DNA from: Candidatus Omnitrophota bacterium
GTDB lineage: Bacteria; Omnitrophota; Gorgyraeia; Zapsychrales; Zapsychraceae
Reading direction: 5' to 3'
DNA length: 64,000 nucleotides
Assembly: GCA_029261055.1 (NCBI GenBank)
Contig: JAJDCA010000014.1
Location: 207,984-271,983, forward strand
In this document: one piece after another, positions 22,233 through 32,947 of the stretch
How positions within the stretch are numbered: position 1 is the first letter of the stretch
How the letters are laid out: each line of letters opens with the position of its first letter
Program-made: the position numbers and the translations under genes
The notes under the pieces: model-generated
Databases searched by the model: none
Told to the model about the DNA's origin: nothing
The model's input: the letters and a program-made list of their open reading frames with translations, nothing else

Positions 22233-23072
22233 ATGGGTATTAAAAGATTTAAACCAACAACTAGCACATTACGCCATACAAAAATTTCGGATTTTGCTGA
22301 AATTACAAAGTCAAAACCGGAAAAGTCTTTGCTTCGTCCATTGAAGAAAACTGGAGGGCGCAATGTCTATGGGAGAATTACAGCGAGACACCGTGGTGGT
22401 GGGCATAAGCGAATGTATCGACTCATAGATTTTAAACGTGATCGAATTGATGAAAATGCAGAAGTTTTAGCTATTGAATATGATCCAAACCGTTCATGTC
22501 GAATTGCATTAATTCAGTACGAGGATGAGACAAAATCATACATTCTTGCGCCGCTAGAAGTGACCGTTGGGGATAAGTTGATGAGTACCTATGATAAAGA
22601 AATTGAATTTAAAGCAGGGAATTGTATGCCTTTAAAAAGGATTCCTTTAGGTTCAGCTGTACATAACATTGAATTAAAGCCTGGGAAAGGTGGACAAATT
22701 GCGCGTTCTGCTGGTGTCTCAGCCCAGATTATGGCGAAAGAAGGCGCATTTTGCTTTATCCGTATGCCATCCAGTGAAGTAAGAAAAATTAATATTGAGT
22801 GTCGTTCAACGATTGGGCAAATTGGTAATGTTGAACATGAATCACAAACTATAGGTAAGGCTGGAAGAATGCGTTGGCTGGGACGGCGAGGTAAGGTTCG
22901 CGGTGTGGTAATGAATCCCGTTGACCATCCGCATGGCGGTGGTGAAGGAAAGGCTCCGCAGGGTAATCCACATCCTGTTACTCCTTGGGGAAAAGCTACT
23001 AAAGGTTTGAAAACACGGAAAAAGCAAAAATATTCACAAAAATATATTGTTAGAAGACGAGGGGCAAAATAA
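22233..23072 (+). CDS. rplB: 50S ribosomal protein L2
   Basis: [19 protein letters not shown] and PHGGGEG motifs. Confidence 0.96.
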   Translation: MGIKRFKPTTSTLRHTKISDFAEITKSKPEKSLLRPLKKTGGRNVYGRITARHRGGGHKRMYRLIDFKRDRIDENAEVLAIEYDPNRSCRIALIQYEDETKSYILAPLEVTVGDKLMSTYDKEIEFKAGNCMPLKRIPLGSAVHNIELKPGKGGQIARSAGVSAQIMAKEGAFCFIRMPSSEVRKINIECRSTIGQIGNVEHESQTIGKAGRMRWLGRRGKVRGVVMNPVDHPHGGGEGKAPQGNPHPVTPWGKATKGLKTRKKQKYSQKYIVRRRGAK

Positions 23073-23074
23073 AG

Positions 23075-23362
23075 ATGGCACGTTCGATTAAAAAAGGGCC
23101 GTATATTGAAGAAACATTATTAAAGAAATTAAAACGGATGATGGATACTGGGCAAAAATTGCCTATTAAAACATGGTCAAGGCGATCAACCATTACCCCT
23201 GAATTTGTAGGTTACACTGTGTCAGTGCATAATGGAAAAAAGCATATTCCAGTGTATGTTACAGAAAACATGGTTGGGTATAAGTTTGGAGAGTTTTCCT
23301 CTACACGAACATTTAAAAAGCATGGTGGAGTTAAAGCCAAGAAAGCAGCTCAAAAGACATAG
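23075..23362 (+). CDS. rpsS: 30S ribosomal protein S19
   Basis: [10 protein letters not shown]... canonical S19. Confidence 0.95.
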   Translation: MARSIKKGPYIEETLLKKLKRMMDTGQKLPIKTWSRRSTITPEFVGYTVSVHNGKKHIPVYVTENMVGYKFGEFSSTRTFKKHGGVKAKKAAQKT

Positions 23363-23374
23363 GGCATTATTCAT

Positions 23375-23707
23375 ATGATATCTACAGCAAAAGGAAAATA
23401 TATTCGCACGTCACCTACAAAAATTAGGCAAGTAATTGATCTAATTAGGGGGAAGGATGTTTCTTCAGCTCAAGCAGTGTTAACGCATTTAGCTAAAGGA
23501 TCAACGCAGGTAATTAATAAAATTTTAGCATCAGCAGTCAATAATGCGGAACAAAAAGGCTTAACTCAAGAACAACTTTTCATTTCAAAAATTCATGCTG
23601 ATCAAGGACGAACCGAAAAACGATTTAGAGCTGCTGCTTTTGGGCGTGCCACGGGTATTAGAAAGAAAAGTACACACTTAACCATAGAATTAGATTTAAT
23701 CGCTTAG
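23375..23707 (+). CDS. rplV: 50S ribosomal protein L22
   Basis: 110 aa; operon position. Confidence 0.93.
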   Translation: MISTAKGKYIRTSPTKIRQVIDLIRGKDVSSAQAVLTHLAKGSTQVINKILASAVNNAEQKGLTQEQLFISKIHADQGRTEKRFRAAAFGRATGIRKKSTHLTIELDLIA

Positions 23708-23717
23708 GAGAATATTA

Positions 23718-24371
23718 ATGGGTCAAAAAGTAAGTCCTATTGCATTAAGGCTGGGATATATTGAAAATTGGAGAAGTCTTTGGTTTGCGGAAAAACAACA
23801 ATACAGCCAAAATATTATTGAAGATAATAAAATTAGAACGTACATAAAGAAAAAATTTATACAAGCTGCTGTAGCTAATGTAATTATTGAACGTTTGGCA
23901 GAAAAAATAAAAGTAATTATTCATACCGCTCGGCCAGGGGTAATTATTGGAAGAAGAGGCGCCGATATTGACCGATTGAAGGAAGGGTTAGCAAAAATTA
24001 CAACGAAAGAAATTACTGTTGATCCAAGGGAAATTAAAATGCCCTCTGCAGAGGCTCAACTTGTTGCTCAAAATATTGCTTTTCAATTAGAAAAACGTAT
24101 TGCCTTTAGACGAGCAATGAAACGGGCTCTTGACCAGGCTATGAATTCGGGTGTTAAAGGTATTAAAATAAAATGTTCCGGACGTCTTAATGGGATTGAA
24201 ATGGCACGTAAAGAATCTTATCAGTTAGGAAAACTTCCCTTGCATACCTTTAGGGCAAAAATTGATTATGGTTTTGCTGAAGCATTCACAACATATGGTG
24301 TTCTTGGGGTTAAAGTTTGGATTAATAAGGGCGAAGTTATTAAAGAAATAAAGAGGCAGGGTAACAAATGA
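23718..24371 (+). CDS. rpsC: 30S ribosomal protein S3
   Basis: MGQKVSPIALRLG... with KH domain. Confidence 0.95.
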   Translation: MGQKVSPIALRLGYIENWRSLWFAEKQQYSQNIIEDNKIRTYIKKKFIQAAVANVIIERLAEKIKVIIHTARPGVIIGRRGADIDRLKEGLAKITTKEITVDPREIKMPSAEAQLVAQNIAFQLEKRIAFRRAMKRALDQAMNSGVKGIKIKCSGRLNGIEMARKESYQLGKLPLHTFRAKIDYGFAEAFTTYGVLGVKVWINKGEVIKEIKRQGNK

Positions 24372-24778
24372 TTTTAATGCCAAGAAAAATTAAATACCGT
24401 AAATCTCAAAAAGGAAAAATGCGTGGCTTGGCAACGGTAGGGAATAAGATTCATTTTGGGGAGTATGGAATAAAAGCTTTGGAAAATGGTTATATACGGG
24501 CAAATCATATTGAAGCCTGTCGTATTGTAGTTGCGCGAAAGATGAAAGGTGCAGGAAAATTGTGGATCAATATTTTTCCGCATAAACCAGTTTCAAAAAA
24601 GCCGGCTGAAACACGTATGGGTAAGGGTAAGGGCGATTTAGATCATTGGGTCGCTGTTGTCAAAAGAGGAAAAGTACTATTTGAAATTAGTGGAGTTCCT
24701 GAAGACTTTGCAAAAATGATTTTTCGATTAGTTTCATTTAAACTTCCTATTAAAACAAAATTTGTATCACGTGCATAA
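24368..24778 (+). CDS. rplP: 50S ribosomal protein L16
   Basis: MLMPRKIKYRK...; 136 aa. Confidence 0.95.
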   Translation: MILMPRKIKYRKSQKGKMRGLATVGNKIHFGEYGIKALENGYIRANHIEACRIVVARKMKGAGKLWINIFPHKPVSKKPAETRMGKGKGDLDHWVAVVKRGKVLFEISGVPEDFAKMIFRLVSFKLPIKTKFVSRA

Positions 24779-24789
24779 GGAATAATTCA

Positions 24790-25008
24790 ATGAAAGCGGT
24801 TAAATTTAGAGATTTGGGTAAGGAAGAATTAATTGAGAAAGAAAAAGGAATTAAAAAAGATCTTTTTGACCTTACCTATCAACGAAAAATTGGACAAGTA
24901 GAAAAGCCTCATCAATTTAAGGCATTTAAAAAAGATATTGCAAGAATTATGACCATTTTAAGGGAAAGAGATTTATCTAATGAGCGAAACGACAAAAAGA
25001 CAGAATAG
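24790..25008 (+). CDS. rpmC: 50S ribosomal protein L29
   Basis: 72 aa; operon position. Confidence 0.9.
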   Translation: MKAVKFRDLGKEELIEKEKGIKKDLFDLTYQRKIGQVEKPHQFKAFKKDIARIMTILRERDLSNERNDKKTE

Positions 25009-25240
25009 AAGACGGTTTTTACAAGGTACAGTCCTTAGTGATAAAATGGACAAAACTCGGGTAGTTCAAGTTAAGTGGGGAACTAAACATAAAATGTATC
25101 AAAAAATTATGCGTGTTGCGACAAAATATAAAGCGCATGATGAAAAAAATGAATCAAAGGCAGGAGATGTTGTCCGTATGATGGAGACAAGGCCTCTTTC
25201 TAAAGATAAAAGGTGGGTTATTTTAGAAGTCGTAAAATAA
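24980..25240 (+). CDS. rpsQ: 30S ribosomal protein S17
   Basis: RRRFLQGTVLSDKMDKTRVVQV matches the S17 core. The start overlaps the rpmC 3' end by 29 nt. Confidence 0.88.
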   Translation: MSETTKRQNRRRFLQGTVLSDKMDKTRVVQVKWGTKHKMYQKIMRVATKYKAHDEKNESKAGDVVRMMETRPLSKDKRWVILEVVK

Positions 25241-25251
25241 TAATTATTATT

Positions 25252-25620
25252 ATGATTTATATGAAAACAATTTTAGATGTAGCAGATAATTCAGGCGCTC
25301 GTAAGGCTTCAATGATTGGAGTCTTGAATGCCAAGGGGAGACGGTGTGCCCATGTTGGGGATATTGTTCGAGTAAATATTAAAGAGTCTTCTCCTGAAGC
25401 CGCTATTAAAAAAGGGGAAAAGGCAAAAGGTATTATCGTACGAACGAAGTCACCTATAAGGCGTCAAGATGGAACGTATGTTAGGTTTGATACTAATGCG
25501 ATTGTGATTATTGATGATGCAGGTAATCCAAAAGGAACACGTGTTTTTGGGCCTGTCGCGCGTGAGTTAAGAAATATGGATTATATGAAAATTATTTCCT
25601 TAGCTCCAGAAGTTGTTTAA
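25252..25620 (+). CDS. rplN: 50S ribosomal protein L14
   Basis: MIYMKTILDVADNSGARKA aligns with the canonical MIQ....VADNSGAR. The track's longer N-terminus (25213) overlaps rpsQ and is unlikely. Confidence 0.9.
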   Translation: MIYMKTILDVADNSGARKASMIGVLNAKGRRCAHVGDIVRVNIKESSPEAAIKKGEKAKGIIVRTKSPIRRQDGTYVRFDTNAIVIIDDAGNPKGTRVFGPVARELRNMDYMKIISLAPEVV

Positions 25621-25646
25621 AATTTTAATTTAAAGAGATTCGAAAA

Positions 25647-25958
25647 ATGTTAAATATTAAAAAAAATGACCAAGTCTGTATCATAGCAGGGAAAGATAAA
25701 GGCAAAAAAGGAAAGGTTCTTAAAATTTTTCCAAAAGCACAACGCATCCTTGTAGAAAATATTAATATTGTCAAAAAAGCTCAAAGAAAAACTCAAGAAA
25801 ATCAGCAGGGAGGATTTCTTGAAATAGAGGCACCCATGCATATTTCTAATGTGATGCTTTTTGACAAGAAAGTCAATAAACCAGCTCGTTTTGGAGTATC
25901 CATTCTAAAGGATGGCACAAAAGTACGCATAAGTAAGAAAAGCGGAGAGGCTATTTAA
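25647..25958 (+). CDS. rplX: 50S ribosomal protein L24
   Basis: KOW motif ([15 protein letters not shown]). Confidence 0.93.
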   Translation: MLNIKKNDQVCIIAGKDKGKKGKVLKIFPKAQRILVENINIVKKAQRKTQENQQGGFLEIEAPMHISNVMLFDKKVNKPARFGVSILKDGTKVRISKKSGEAI

Positions 25959-25959
25959 A

Positions 25960-26505
25960 GTGAGCACAAAATTACAAAAAAAATATAATGATGAATTTCT
26001 TCCAAAAATGATGGACAAATTTGGTATTAAGAATAAAATGGCTGTTCCACGCCTTGAAAAAATTTCCATTAATATGGGTGTTGGTAAAGCAATTGGGGAT
26101 ATGAAAATATTAGAGGGTGCCTTAAAAGACTTAACCAATATAACTGGACAAAAACCTGTTATGACACGAGCTAAAGTCGCTATCTCTAATTTTAAATTAC
26201 GTGAAGATATGCCAATTGGATGTAAGGTAACATTACGGCGTGCACGTATGTATGAATTTTTAGACCGATTAGTTAACGTTACTTTGCCTCGAATTCGGGA
26301 TTTTAATGGGGTTCCAAAAAAATCATTTGATAAGCAAGGAAACTATACCATGGGCATTGTGGATCAAGCAATATTTCCAGAAATTGATACAGGAAAAATG
26401 CCCTATACTCAAGGGATGGATATAACTATTGTATTTAACCATGGCCCCAAAGAATGGACCTCTGAATTATTGGTACTTTTTGGGATGCCATTTACTAAGA
26501 AATAA
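25960..26505 (+). CDS. rplE: 50S ribosomal protein L5
   Basis: GTG start; spc operon order. Confidence 0.92.
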   Translation: MSTKLQKKYNDEFLPKMMDKFGIKNKMAVPRLEKISINMGVGKAIGDMKILEGALKDLTNITGQKPVMTRAKVAISNFKLREDMPIGCKVTLRRARMYEFLDRLVNVTLPRIRDFNGVPKKSFDKQGNYTMGIVDQAIFPEIDTGKMPYTQGMDITIVFNHGPKEWTSELLVLFGMPFTKK

Positions 26506-26508
26506 CCT

Positions 26509-26694
26509 ATGGCTAAAAAATCATTAATTATTAAAGCACAAAGAAAACCAAAATTTTCAACACGACAGTATCACCGATGTAAGTTGTGTGGACGTTCTAA
26601 AGGGTATTTAAGGCGTTTTGCTTTGTGCCGCATTTGTTTCAGGGAGCTTGCCTGGCGAGGAGAAATCCCGGGTGTTAAAAAGGCTAGTTGGTAA
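26509..26694 (+). CDS. rpsN: 30S ribosomal protein S14 type Z (zinc-binding)
   Basis: 61 aa with CKLCGR...CRIC Cys4 motif. Confidence 0.93.
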   Translation: MAKKSLIIKAQRKPKFSTRQYHRCKLCGRSKGYLRRFALCRICFRELAWRGEIPGVKKASW

Positions 26695-26760
26695 TAGGTT
26701 TGAGCATTGAACCATTTGGTTTAAAGCATTACCAGTGTAATTAGATTAAGGAAAAGAATT

Positions 26761-27156
26761 ATGTCATTAAGTGATCCAATCAGCAATATGCTGACTAATA
26801 TTCGAAACGGTGTTCAAGTGAGGAAAGAATTTGTTGATATTCCTGCTTCGAAAATTATAGGCAAAATTTTAGATGTTTTTAAAAGCGATGGATATATTGA
26901 AGATTGCCGATTAATGAAAGATAATATTCAAGGCAATTACAAAGTATATTTGAAATATGACAGTAAAAAACCTGTTATTATTGGAATGAAAAGGATATCA
27001 AAACCTGGATTAAGAATTTATGTTCAGAAAGATGAAATCCCGCGGGTATTAAATGGTTTAGGCACAGCTGTTATTTCTACTTCTAAAGGAATTATGAGTG
27101 GCAGAGAGGCTCGTAAATTAAAAATTGGTGGCGAAATTTTATGCCACATATGGTGA
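26761..27156 (+). CDS. rpsH: 30S ribosomal protein S8
   Basis: SDPISNMLTNIRN... canonical S8. Confidence 0.95.
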   Translation: MSLSDPISNMLTNIRNGVQVRKEFVDIPASKIIGKILDVFKSDGYIEDCRLMKDNIQGNYKVYLKYDSKKPVIIGMKRISKPGLRIYVQKDEIPRVLNGLGTAVISTSKGIMSGREARKLKIGGEILCHIW

Positions 27157-27162
27157 TCGATT

Positions 27163-27702
27163 ATGTCAAGAAAAGGTAAAGTACCAATAGAAATTCCTGA
27201 AAAGGTTAAAGCAATCGTAGATGCTCGGAAAGTGAGTATTGAAGGGCCAAATGGAAAGTTACATTTAGATGTTCCTTCTGGTATTAATATTGAGCAGAAT
27301 GATAAGAATTTGATCGTTACCCGAGCTAATAATGTAAAACAAAATAGAGCAAATCATGGAACTGTACGTGCTAATTTAGCAAATATGATTGTCGGTGTAA
27401 CAACAGGGCATAAAAAGGATTTAGAATTGCAGGGAATTGGTATTCGAGCTCAATTACAAGGAACAAAAATAGTATTCAGCCTTGGATTCAGTCATCCTGT
27501 TGAATTTTTAGTGCCTAAAGATGTTAAAGTGACTATTCCGAATCAAACATCTATTTCCATTGAAGGGGCTAACTGTGTTTTGGTTGGGTTGATCGCTTCA
27601 AAAATTAGAGATTTAAAGCCTGTTGAGCCTTATAAAGGCAAGGGTATAAGGTATCTTGGGGAAATTGTTAGAAGGAAACAAGGAAAGTCTGTAGCTAAAT
27701 AG
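27163..27702 (+). CDS. rplF: 50S ribosomal protein L6
   Basis: 179 aa; operon position. Confidence 0.93.
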   Translation: MSRKGKVPIEIPEKVKAIVDARKVSIEGPNGKLHLDVPSGINIEQNDKNLIVTRANNVKQNRANHGTVRANLANMIVGVTTGHKKDLELQGIGIRAQLQGTKIVFSLGFSHPVEFLVPKDVKVTIPNQTSISIEGANCVLVGLIASKIRDLKPVEPYKGKGIRYLGEIVRRKQGKSVAK

Positions 27703-27787
27703 AAGTTATTTAAAATTTCTTTTGAGCCCCTTAATGACAAAAGAGTTTTGGAATAACTGCTAAATTTAAATTAGGAAATATTTAATA

Positions 27788-28156
27788 ATGAGCAACGTAA
27801 AAGATAAAGCATTAAAAAGAAATTTTCGTCACAAAAGAATAAGAAAAAAAATTTCAGGAACAAGTGATCAGCCTCGTGCATGCATTTATCGTAGTTTAAA
27901 AAATTTGTATGTCCAAGTTGTTGATGATACAACGCATAAAATTCTTTTAGGTCTGTCAACACAAACAAAAGAATTAAAAAATACCATTAAAAGTGGAAGT
28001 AATGTTGCTGCCGCAACTCTTCTCGGAGAGCAATTTGCTGCGGAGGCACAAAAAAAAGGAATCAAAAAAATTTGTTTTGATAGGGGCGGGTATCTTTATC
28101 ATGGCCGAGTTAAAGCTTTTGCAGAAGCGGCTCGAAAAGGTGGAATGGAGTTTTAA
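27788..28156 (+). CDS. rplR: 50S ribosomal protein L18
   Basis: 122 aa; operon position. Confidence 0.92.
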   Translation: MSNVKDKALKRNFRHKRIRKKISGTSDQPRACIYRSLKNLYVQVVDDTTHKILLGLSTQTKELKNTIKSGSNVAAATLLGEQFAAEAQKKGIKKICFDRGGYLYHGRVKAFAEAARKGGMEF

Positions 28157-28162
28157 GACAAT

Positions 28163-28798
28163 ATGAGCACATCAAACGAAAACACTAAAAAAAACGAAGA
28201 GGAAGTAAAAGCAAAAATTAGCACTCCAGAAATTGCACCTGCAAAAACTGCACCTGCAAAAACTAATGTTCCGGTTCAGACAAATCAAAAACGAGTTCCT
28301 GGAAAAAACCGCAAAACAGGCTCCAAAAGTGAAGCGAAAGACAGTCAAGATGACGCGCCTGAAATTTCAGAGAAGGTTATTTCGATTAATCGTATTACAA
28401 AAGTGACTAAAGGTGGAAAAAAACTATCTTTTAGTGCGTTAGTCGTCGTTGGAGATATGAAAGGTAATGTGGGTTATAGTTTATCTAAAGCGCCAGAAGT
28501 AGCTACAGCTATTCGGAAGGCCATAGGCTCTGCAAAAAAGAATATGCAAAAAATCCCTATGCGTGGGACAACTATTACACATGAAATTATTGGTCAATGC
28601 GGCGGGGCACGTGTTTTGTTAAAGCCTGCTTGTGAAGGAACAGGTGTTATAGCTTCGGGGCCTGTCCGTGCCGTCTGTGATGGGGCAGGAATACATAATA
28701 TATTAACAAAATGTCATAGGTCTAATAATCCAATTAATGTGGTTAAAGCTACCATTGATGGGCTAACTCGGTTAAAAATAAATCATGCAATTAAATGA
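28163..28798 (+). CDS. rpsE: 30S ribosomal protein S5 (with ~50-aa low-complexity N-terminal extension)
   Basis: S5 core ([24 protein letters not shown]...) is preceded by an AKTAPAKT-rich segment. 211 aa versus the usual ~166. Confidence 0.92.
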   Translation: MSTSNENTKKNEEEVKAKISTPEIAPAKTAPAKTNVPVQTNQKRVPGKNRKTGSKSEAKDSQDDAPEISEKVISINRITKVTKGGKKLSFSALVVVGDMKGNVGYSLSKAPEVATAIRKAIGSAKKNMQKIPMRGTTITHEIIGQCGGARVLLKPACEGTGVIASGPVRAVCDGAGIHNILTKCHRSNNPINVVKATIDGLTRLKINHAIK

Positions 28799-29222
28799 AT
28801 TGAAATCCCCTAAGGGGTCAAGAAAACGAAAAAAAATTGTCGGTCGAGGCAAAGCATCTGGCACTGGAAAAACCAGTGGTCGTGGTGAAAATGGTCAAAA
28901 ATCACGTACAGGACGTTGGGCTGTTGGGGGTTCAGAGGGAGGGCAAATGCGTCTAATTCGACGTCTTCCTAAAGTTGGGTTTAGATGTCAAAGTCGAACA
29001 CTCTATCAAGTTGTCAATGTAGAGCGGTTAAATAATTTTGAAAAAAACACGGAAATAACAGCGGAATTTTTGAAATCCCAAGGTCTAATTAATAGCCTCA
29101 ATAAACCTTTTAAAATTTTAGGAAAGGGCAAGATAGAAAAATCTTTAATTTTTAAAGTAAAAAATCTATCCAAGTCAGCTAAAGAAAAAATTATTCAGGC
29201 TGGTGGTAAAATTGAATCATGA
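28785..29222 (+). CDS. rplO: 50S ribosomal protein L15
   Basis: [34 protein letters not shown] canonical L15. It overlaps the rpsE 3' end, so there is no room for rpmD. Confidence 0.93.
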   Translation: MQLNELKSPKGSRKRKKIVGRGKASGTGKTSGRGENGQKSRTGRWAVGGSEGGQMRLIRRLPKVGFRCQSRTLYQVVNVERLNNFEKNTEITAEFLKSQGLINSLNKPFKILGKGKIEKSLIFKVKNLSKSAKEKIIQAGGKIES

Positions 29223-30571
29223 TTTCATCATTTCTTAATTGTTTTAAAATACCAGAATTAAAAAAGAAAATTCTGTTTACGTTGGCGCTTTTAGCTGCTT
29301 ATCGTGTGGGATGTTATATCCCTACACCGGGGGTTAATGGTGCGGTGTTGGCAGAATTTTTTCAACGCCTCAGTACATCAACGGGTGGAAGTGTTTTTGG
29401 AATAATGAATTTATTTTCAGGGGGAGCGTTGGAAAAAGCTACCGTATTTGCTTTGGGCATTATGCCATATATTTCTGCTTCAATTATTATGCAATTGCTT
29501 ACGGCTGTCATTCCAGCTTTAGAAAAATTAGCAAAAGAAGGGCAAGCAGGTTATCAAAAAATTAATCAATATACGCGTTACGGGACTTTGGTGTTAGCGT
29601 TGATTCAGTCTTTTTTTATTGCTCTTTGGCTTGAAGATAAATCGGGGGCACTTTTTCAAGGGTTGCCGGTCGTTAATAATCCAGGATGGGGATTTCGTAT
29701 TATAACAGTTTTTACTTTATCATGCGGAACGCTTTTACTTATGTGGTTAGGGGAGCAGATTCAAGAGCGAGGGATTGGAAGTGGTATTTCTCTTATTATT
29801 ACAGCAGGTATTATTTCTGCAGCACCGTCCGCTATTAGTAATTTAGCTTTGTTATTATCACCACGTTCAGGTGGGGCTGCACAATTGCAACCATTGACAC
29901 TATTAATTATGATTGGTTTTTTGATTGGAGTTATAATTTCGATTACACTTATAACACAAGCGCTAAGAAAGATTCCTGTTCAATATGCACGGCGTGTTGT
30001 TGGGCGTAAGTTATATGCAGGGCAAAGTACTTATCTTCCTCTTAAAGTAGATACTTCAGGTGTTATTGCAATCATTTTTGCCCAAAGTATTATTTTGTTT
30101 CCGGCCACATTAGCTAGTTTTATTCCGAATGCTGCTTTTCAATCGTTAGCAGGTCTAATACAGCGCGGAGGCGCTTTGTATTATATTATTTATGGTATTT
30201 TAATTATCTTCTTTTGTTATTTTTATACAGCTATTGTGTTTAACCCTGTAGATTTTGCAGAGAATATGAAAAAACAGGGAGGGTTTATTCCTGGTATTCG
30301 GCCGGGGACACAAACAGCAGATTATCTTGATTTTGTTATGACACGCATTACATTAGCTGGGGCAATATTCATTTGCTGTATCGCGATTATGCCTGATGCT
30401 ATTATGGCTTCATTTAAAGTCCCTTATCTTGTTGCCTCATTTTTTGGTGGCACAGGAATTTTAATTATTGTAGGCGTTATGCTTGATACTATGAAACAAA
30501 TTGAATCACACCTTGTTATGAGGCACTACGATGGGTTTATGAAATCCGGTCAAATCAGGGGTAGGCGATGA
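29219..30571 (+). CDS. secY: preprotein translocase subunit SecY
   Basis: 450 aa, 10 TM segments, operon position. Confidence 0.95.
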   Translation: MISSFLNCFKIPELKKKILFTLALLAAYRVGCYIPTPGVNGAVLAEFFQRLSTSTGGSVFGIMNLFSGGALEKATVFALGIMPYISASIIMQLLTAVIPALEKLAKEGQAGYQKINQYTRYGTLVLALIQSFFIALWLEDKSGALFQGLPVVNNPGWGFRIITVFTLSCGTLLLMWLGEQIQERGIGSGISLIITAGIISAAPSAISNLALLLSPRSGGAAQLQPLTLLIMIGFLIGVIISITLITQALRKIPVQYARRVVGRKLYAGQSTYLPLKVDTSGVIAIIFAQSIILFPATLASFIPNAAFQSLAGLIQRGGALYYIIYGILIIFFCYFYTAIVFNPVDFAENMKKQGGFIPGIRPGTQTADYLDFVMTRITLAGAIFICCIAIMPDAIMASFKVPYLVASFFGGTGILIIVGVMLDTMKQIESHLVMRHYDGFMKSGQIRGRR

Positions 30572-31230
30572 GATTAGTTTTATTGGGTGCTCCTGGAGCA
30601 GGTAAGGGTACTTTGGCAAGTTCTTTGAAAAATAAGTTTGGTTTAACGCATATATCAACAGGCGATATTCTTAGGGAAGAAATCAAAAATAATACACCAC
30701 TTGGTCAAGAAGCTAAAAAATACATTGAAAGTGGTGGCCTTGTGCCAGATGATGTTGTAACAAAACTTATCGAACATAAATTCTTAAATGATAAACAAAC
30801 TGAATTAGGATATATGCTTGATGGTTTTCCAAGAACAAAGCAACAAGCGGAAGACCTAGATAAAATTTTAGTAAATATTAAGCTTCCTATAGAGCAGGCC
30901 ATTTATATGGAAGCAACATTACCCGTTATCATAGTTCGTTTAATTGGTAGGCGTGTGTGTCGCGATTGTGGTGAACTATTTCATATTAAAAATAAGCCAT
31001 CAATCAAAGAAGGGGTATGTGATATTTGTGAAGGTGAATTATATCAAAGATCTGATGATAATGAAGAAACAATAAAAACGCGCCTGGATGTTTATGTCAA
31101 AAATGTTACACCTATAATTTCATTTTATGAAGCACAAAATAAGCTTATAAAATTAAATGCTGATAATGATTCTGCAAAGCTTCAAGAAAATTTGATTCGG
31201 ATACTTAATGAGGACAAAAAACTCGATTAG
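30568..31230 (+). CDS. adk: adenylate kinase (Cys4 zinc-lid type)
   Basis: GAPGAGKGT P-loop; lid CRDCGELFH...CDICEGEL. Confidence 0.93.
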   Translation: MRLVLLGAPGAGKGTLASSLKNKFGLTHISTGDILREEIKNNTPLGQEAKKYIESGGLVPDDVVTKLIEHKFLNDKQTELGYMLDGFPRTKQQAEDLDKILVNIKLPIEQAIYMEATLPVIIVRLIGRRVCRDCGELFHIKNKPSIKEGVCDICEGELYQRSDDNEETIKTRLDVYVKNVTPIISFYEAQNKLIKLNADNDSAKLQENLIRILNEDKKLD

Positions 31231-31969
31231 CATTAAATCTGATGATGAACTTAAGATCCTTCGAGAAGGAGGAATTATTTTATCATCAATTATTAAAGAA
31301 TTAAAAGGTTCTTTGACGCCCAATATAACTACCCATGAGGTAGATCAAATTGCTGAAAATTTGATAAGTAACAGAAATGTCAAGCCTGCTTTTAAAGGAT
31401 ATCGAGGATTTCCTGGATGTGTATGTGCTTCAGTTAATGAAGAAGTTGTTCATGGAATTCCAAGTGGCCGAATGTTGTTAGAGGGGGATATACTCAGTAT
31501 CGATATTGGAATAATTCATAAAGAATTTTATATGGATTCTGCTATAACCGTAGGCATTGGAAAAATAAAACCGGAATTTGAACGTCTTTTAGCGATAACA
31601 CAAGAATCCTTGTATAAAGGAATTGATCAAGCCTGTGTGAATAATCAAGTGTCAGATATATCGCATGCAATTCAAACTTTGGTCGAAGCGCATGAATATT
31701 CTATAGTAAGAGATTTTGTTGGTCATGGAATCGGAAGAAATTTACATGAAGATCCAGAAATTCCAAATTTTGGACCACCACATACAGGACCTGTTTTAAA
31801 AGAGGGTATGGTTCTTGCCATTGAACCCATGGTAAATTTAGGAACATGGAAAACAAAAATACTGAAGGATGGATGGACAGTAGCCACTGAGGATGGAAAG
31901 TTTTCAGCGCATTTTGAACACACAATTGCGATCACAAAAAATGGTCCCGAAATATTAACAAAGCAATAA
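31208..31969 (+). CDS. map: type I methionyl aminopeptidase
   Basis: Operon position after adk; conserved metal-ligand blocks (HGIGR, EPM). Confidence 0.9.
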   Translation: MRTKNSISIKSDDELKILREGGIILSSIIKELKGSLTPNITTHEVDQIAENLISNRNVKPAFKGYRGFPGCVCASVNEEVVHGIPSGRMLLEGDILSIDIGIIHKEFYMDSAITVGIGKIKPEFERLLAITQESLYKGIDQACVNNQVSDISHAIQTLVEAHEYSIVRDFVGHGIGRNLHEDPEIPNFGPPHTGPVLKEGMVLAIEPMVNLGTWKTKILKDGWTVATEDGKFSAHFEHTIAITKNGPEILTKQ

Positions 31970-32012
31970 AAAATAATATAAAACATTTTGGTTTAAGGAG
32001 TTTATTAAAGTA

Positions 32013-32126
32013 ATGAAAGTAAAATCATCCGTAAAACGGGTTTGTAATAATTGTAAAATTGTACGAAGAAAAGGTGTTGTTCGTGTAATTTGCTCAAATC
32101 CAAAACATAAACAAAGGCAGGGGTAA
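32013..32126 (+). CDS. rpmJ: 50S ribosomal protein L36 (zinc form)
   Basis: 37-aa ORF not in the track: [37 protein letters not shown]. infA is absent between map and rpmJ. Confidence 0.85.
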   Translation: MKVKSSVKRVCNNCKIVRRKGVVRVICSNPKHKQRQG

Positions 32127-32129
32127 ATT

Positions 32130-32504
32130 ATGCCACGTATTCTAGGTGTTGACATTCCACGGGAAAAACGTATTGTAGCTTCATTAATATATATATATGG
32201 TATCGGATCAAAGATTGCCAGTAATATATTGGATGAAGCCACAATTGACTGTAACAGAAGAGCCAAAGACTTATCTGATGAAGAAATTGCTAAAATTACA
32301 GCAATTATTCAGAATAATTATGTTGTCGAGGGAGATCTTAGGCGAAATGTAGGTGATAATGTAAAGCGACTTATGGATATCGGAACCTATCGTGGGCTTC
32401 GACATCGAAGAGGTCTTCCTGTTCGGGGGCAAAGAACAAAAACAAATTCTAGGACAAGAAAAGGTCGAAAACCTTCTGTTGGCGGTAAAGGGAAGAGAAA
32501 ATAA
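32130..32504 (+). CDS. rpsM: 30S ribosomal protein S13
   Basis: [16 protein letters not shown]... canonical S13. Confidence 0.95.
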   Translation: MPRILGVDIPREKRIVASLIYIYGIGSKIASNILDEATIDCNRRAKDLSDEEIAKITAIIQNNYVVEGDLRRNVGDNVKRLMDIGTYRGLRHRRGLPVRGQRTKTNSRTRKGRKPSVGGKGKRK

Positions 32505-32516
32505 AAGGAAAAAATA

Positions 32517-32930
32517 ATGGCCAAACAACAGGCAAAAAGAAAAGACAAGGCTAAAGAAAAAGCAAAGAAAAAATCTTTAAAAGGTATTACTTCAGGTGTC
32601 GCTTTTATCAAAGCAACTTTTAATAACACTATAATTACAATAACAGGTCCTCAAGGAAATGTTATAGCGTGGTCGACGCCAGGAGTTGTTGGATTTAATG
32701 GTTCAAGAAAATCTACCCCTTTTGCGGCCCAGGTAGCCGGTTCTGATGCAGCGAGGAAAGCAAAAGATTTAGGGCTAAAAACTGTTGAAGTATTTGTAAA
32801 AGGCCCTGGATCTGGAAGGGAATCAGCCATTCGTGCTCTTCAAGCGAATGGTTTAATGGTGACGTCGATTAAAGATATTACGCCACTTCCTCATAATGGT
32901 TGTCGACCGAGGAAAAAACGCCGCGTATAG
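32517..32930 (+). CDS. rpsK: 30S ribosomal protein S11
   Basis: 137 aa; operon position. Confidence 0.95.
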   Translation: MAKQQAKRKDKAKEKAKKKSLKGITSGVAFIKATFNNTIITITGPQGNVIAWSTPGVVGFNGSRKSTPFAAQVAGSDAARKAKDLGLKTVEVFVKGPGSGRESAIRALQANGLMVTSIKDITPLPHNGCRPRKKRRV

Positions 32931-32947
32931 TTTTTGGGAGAATAAAT

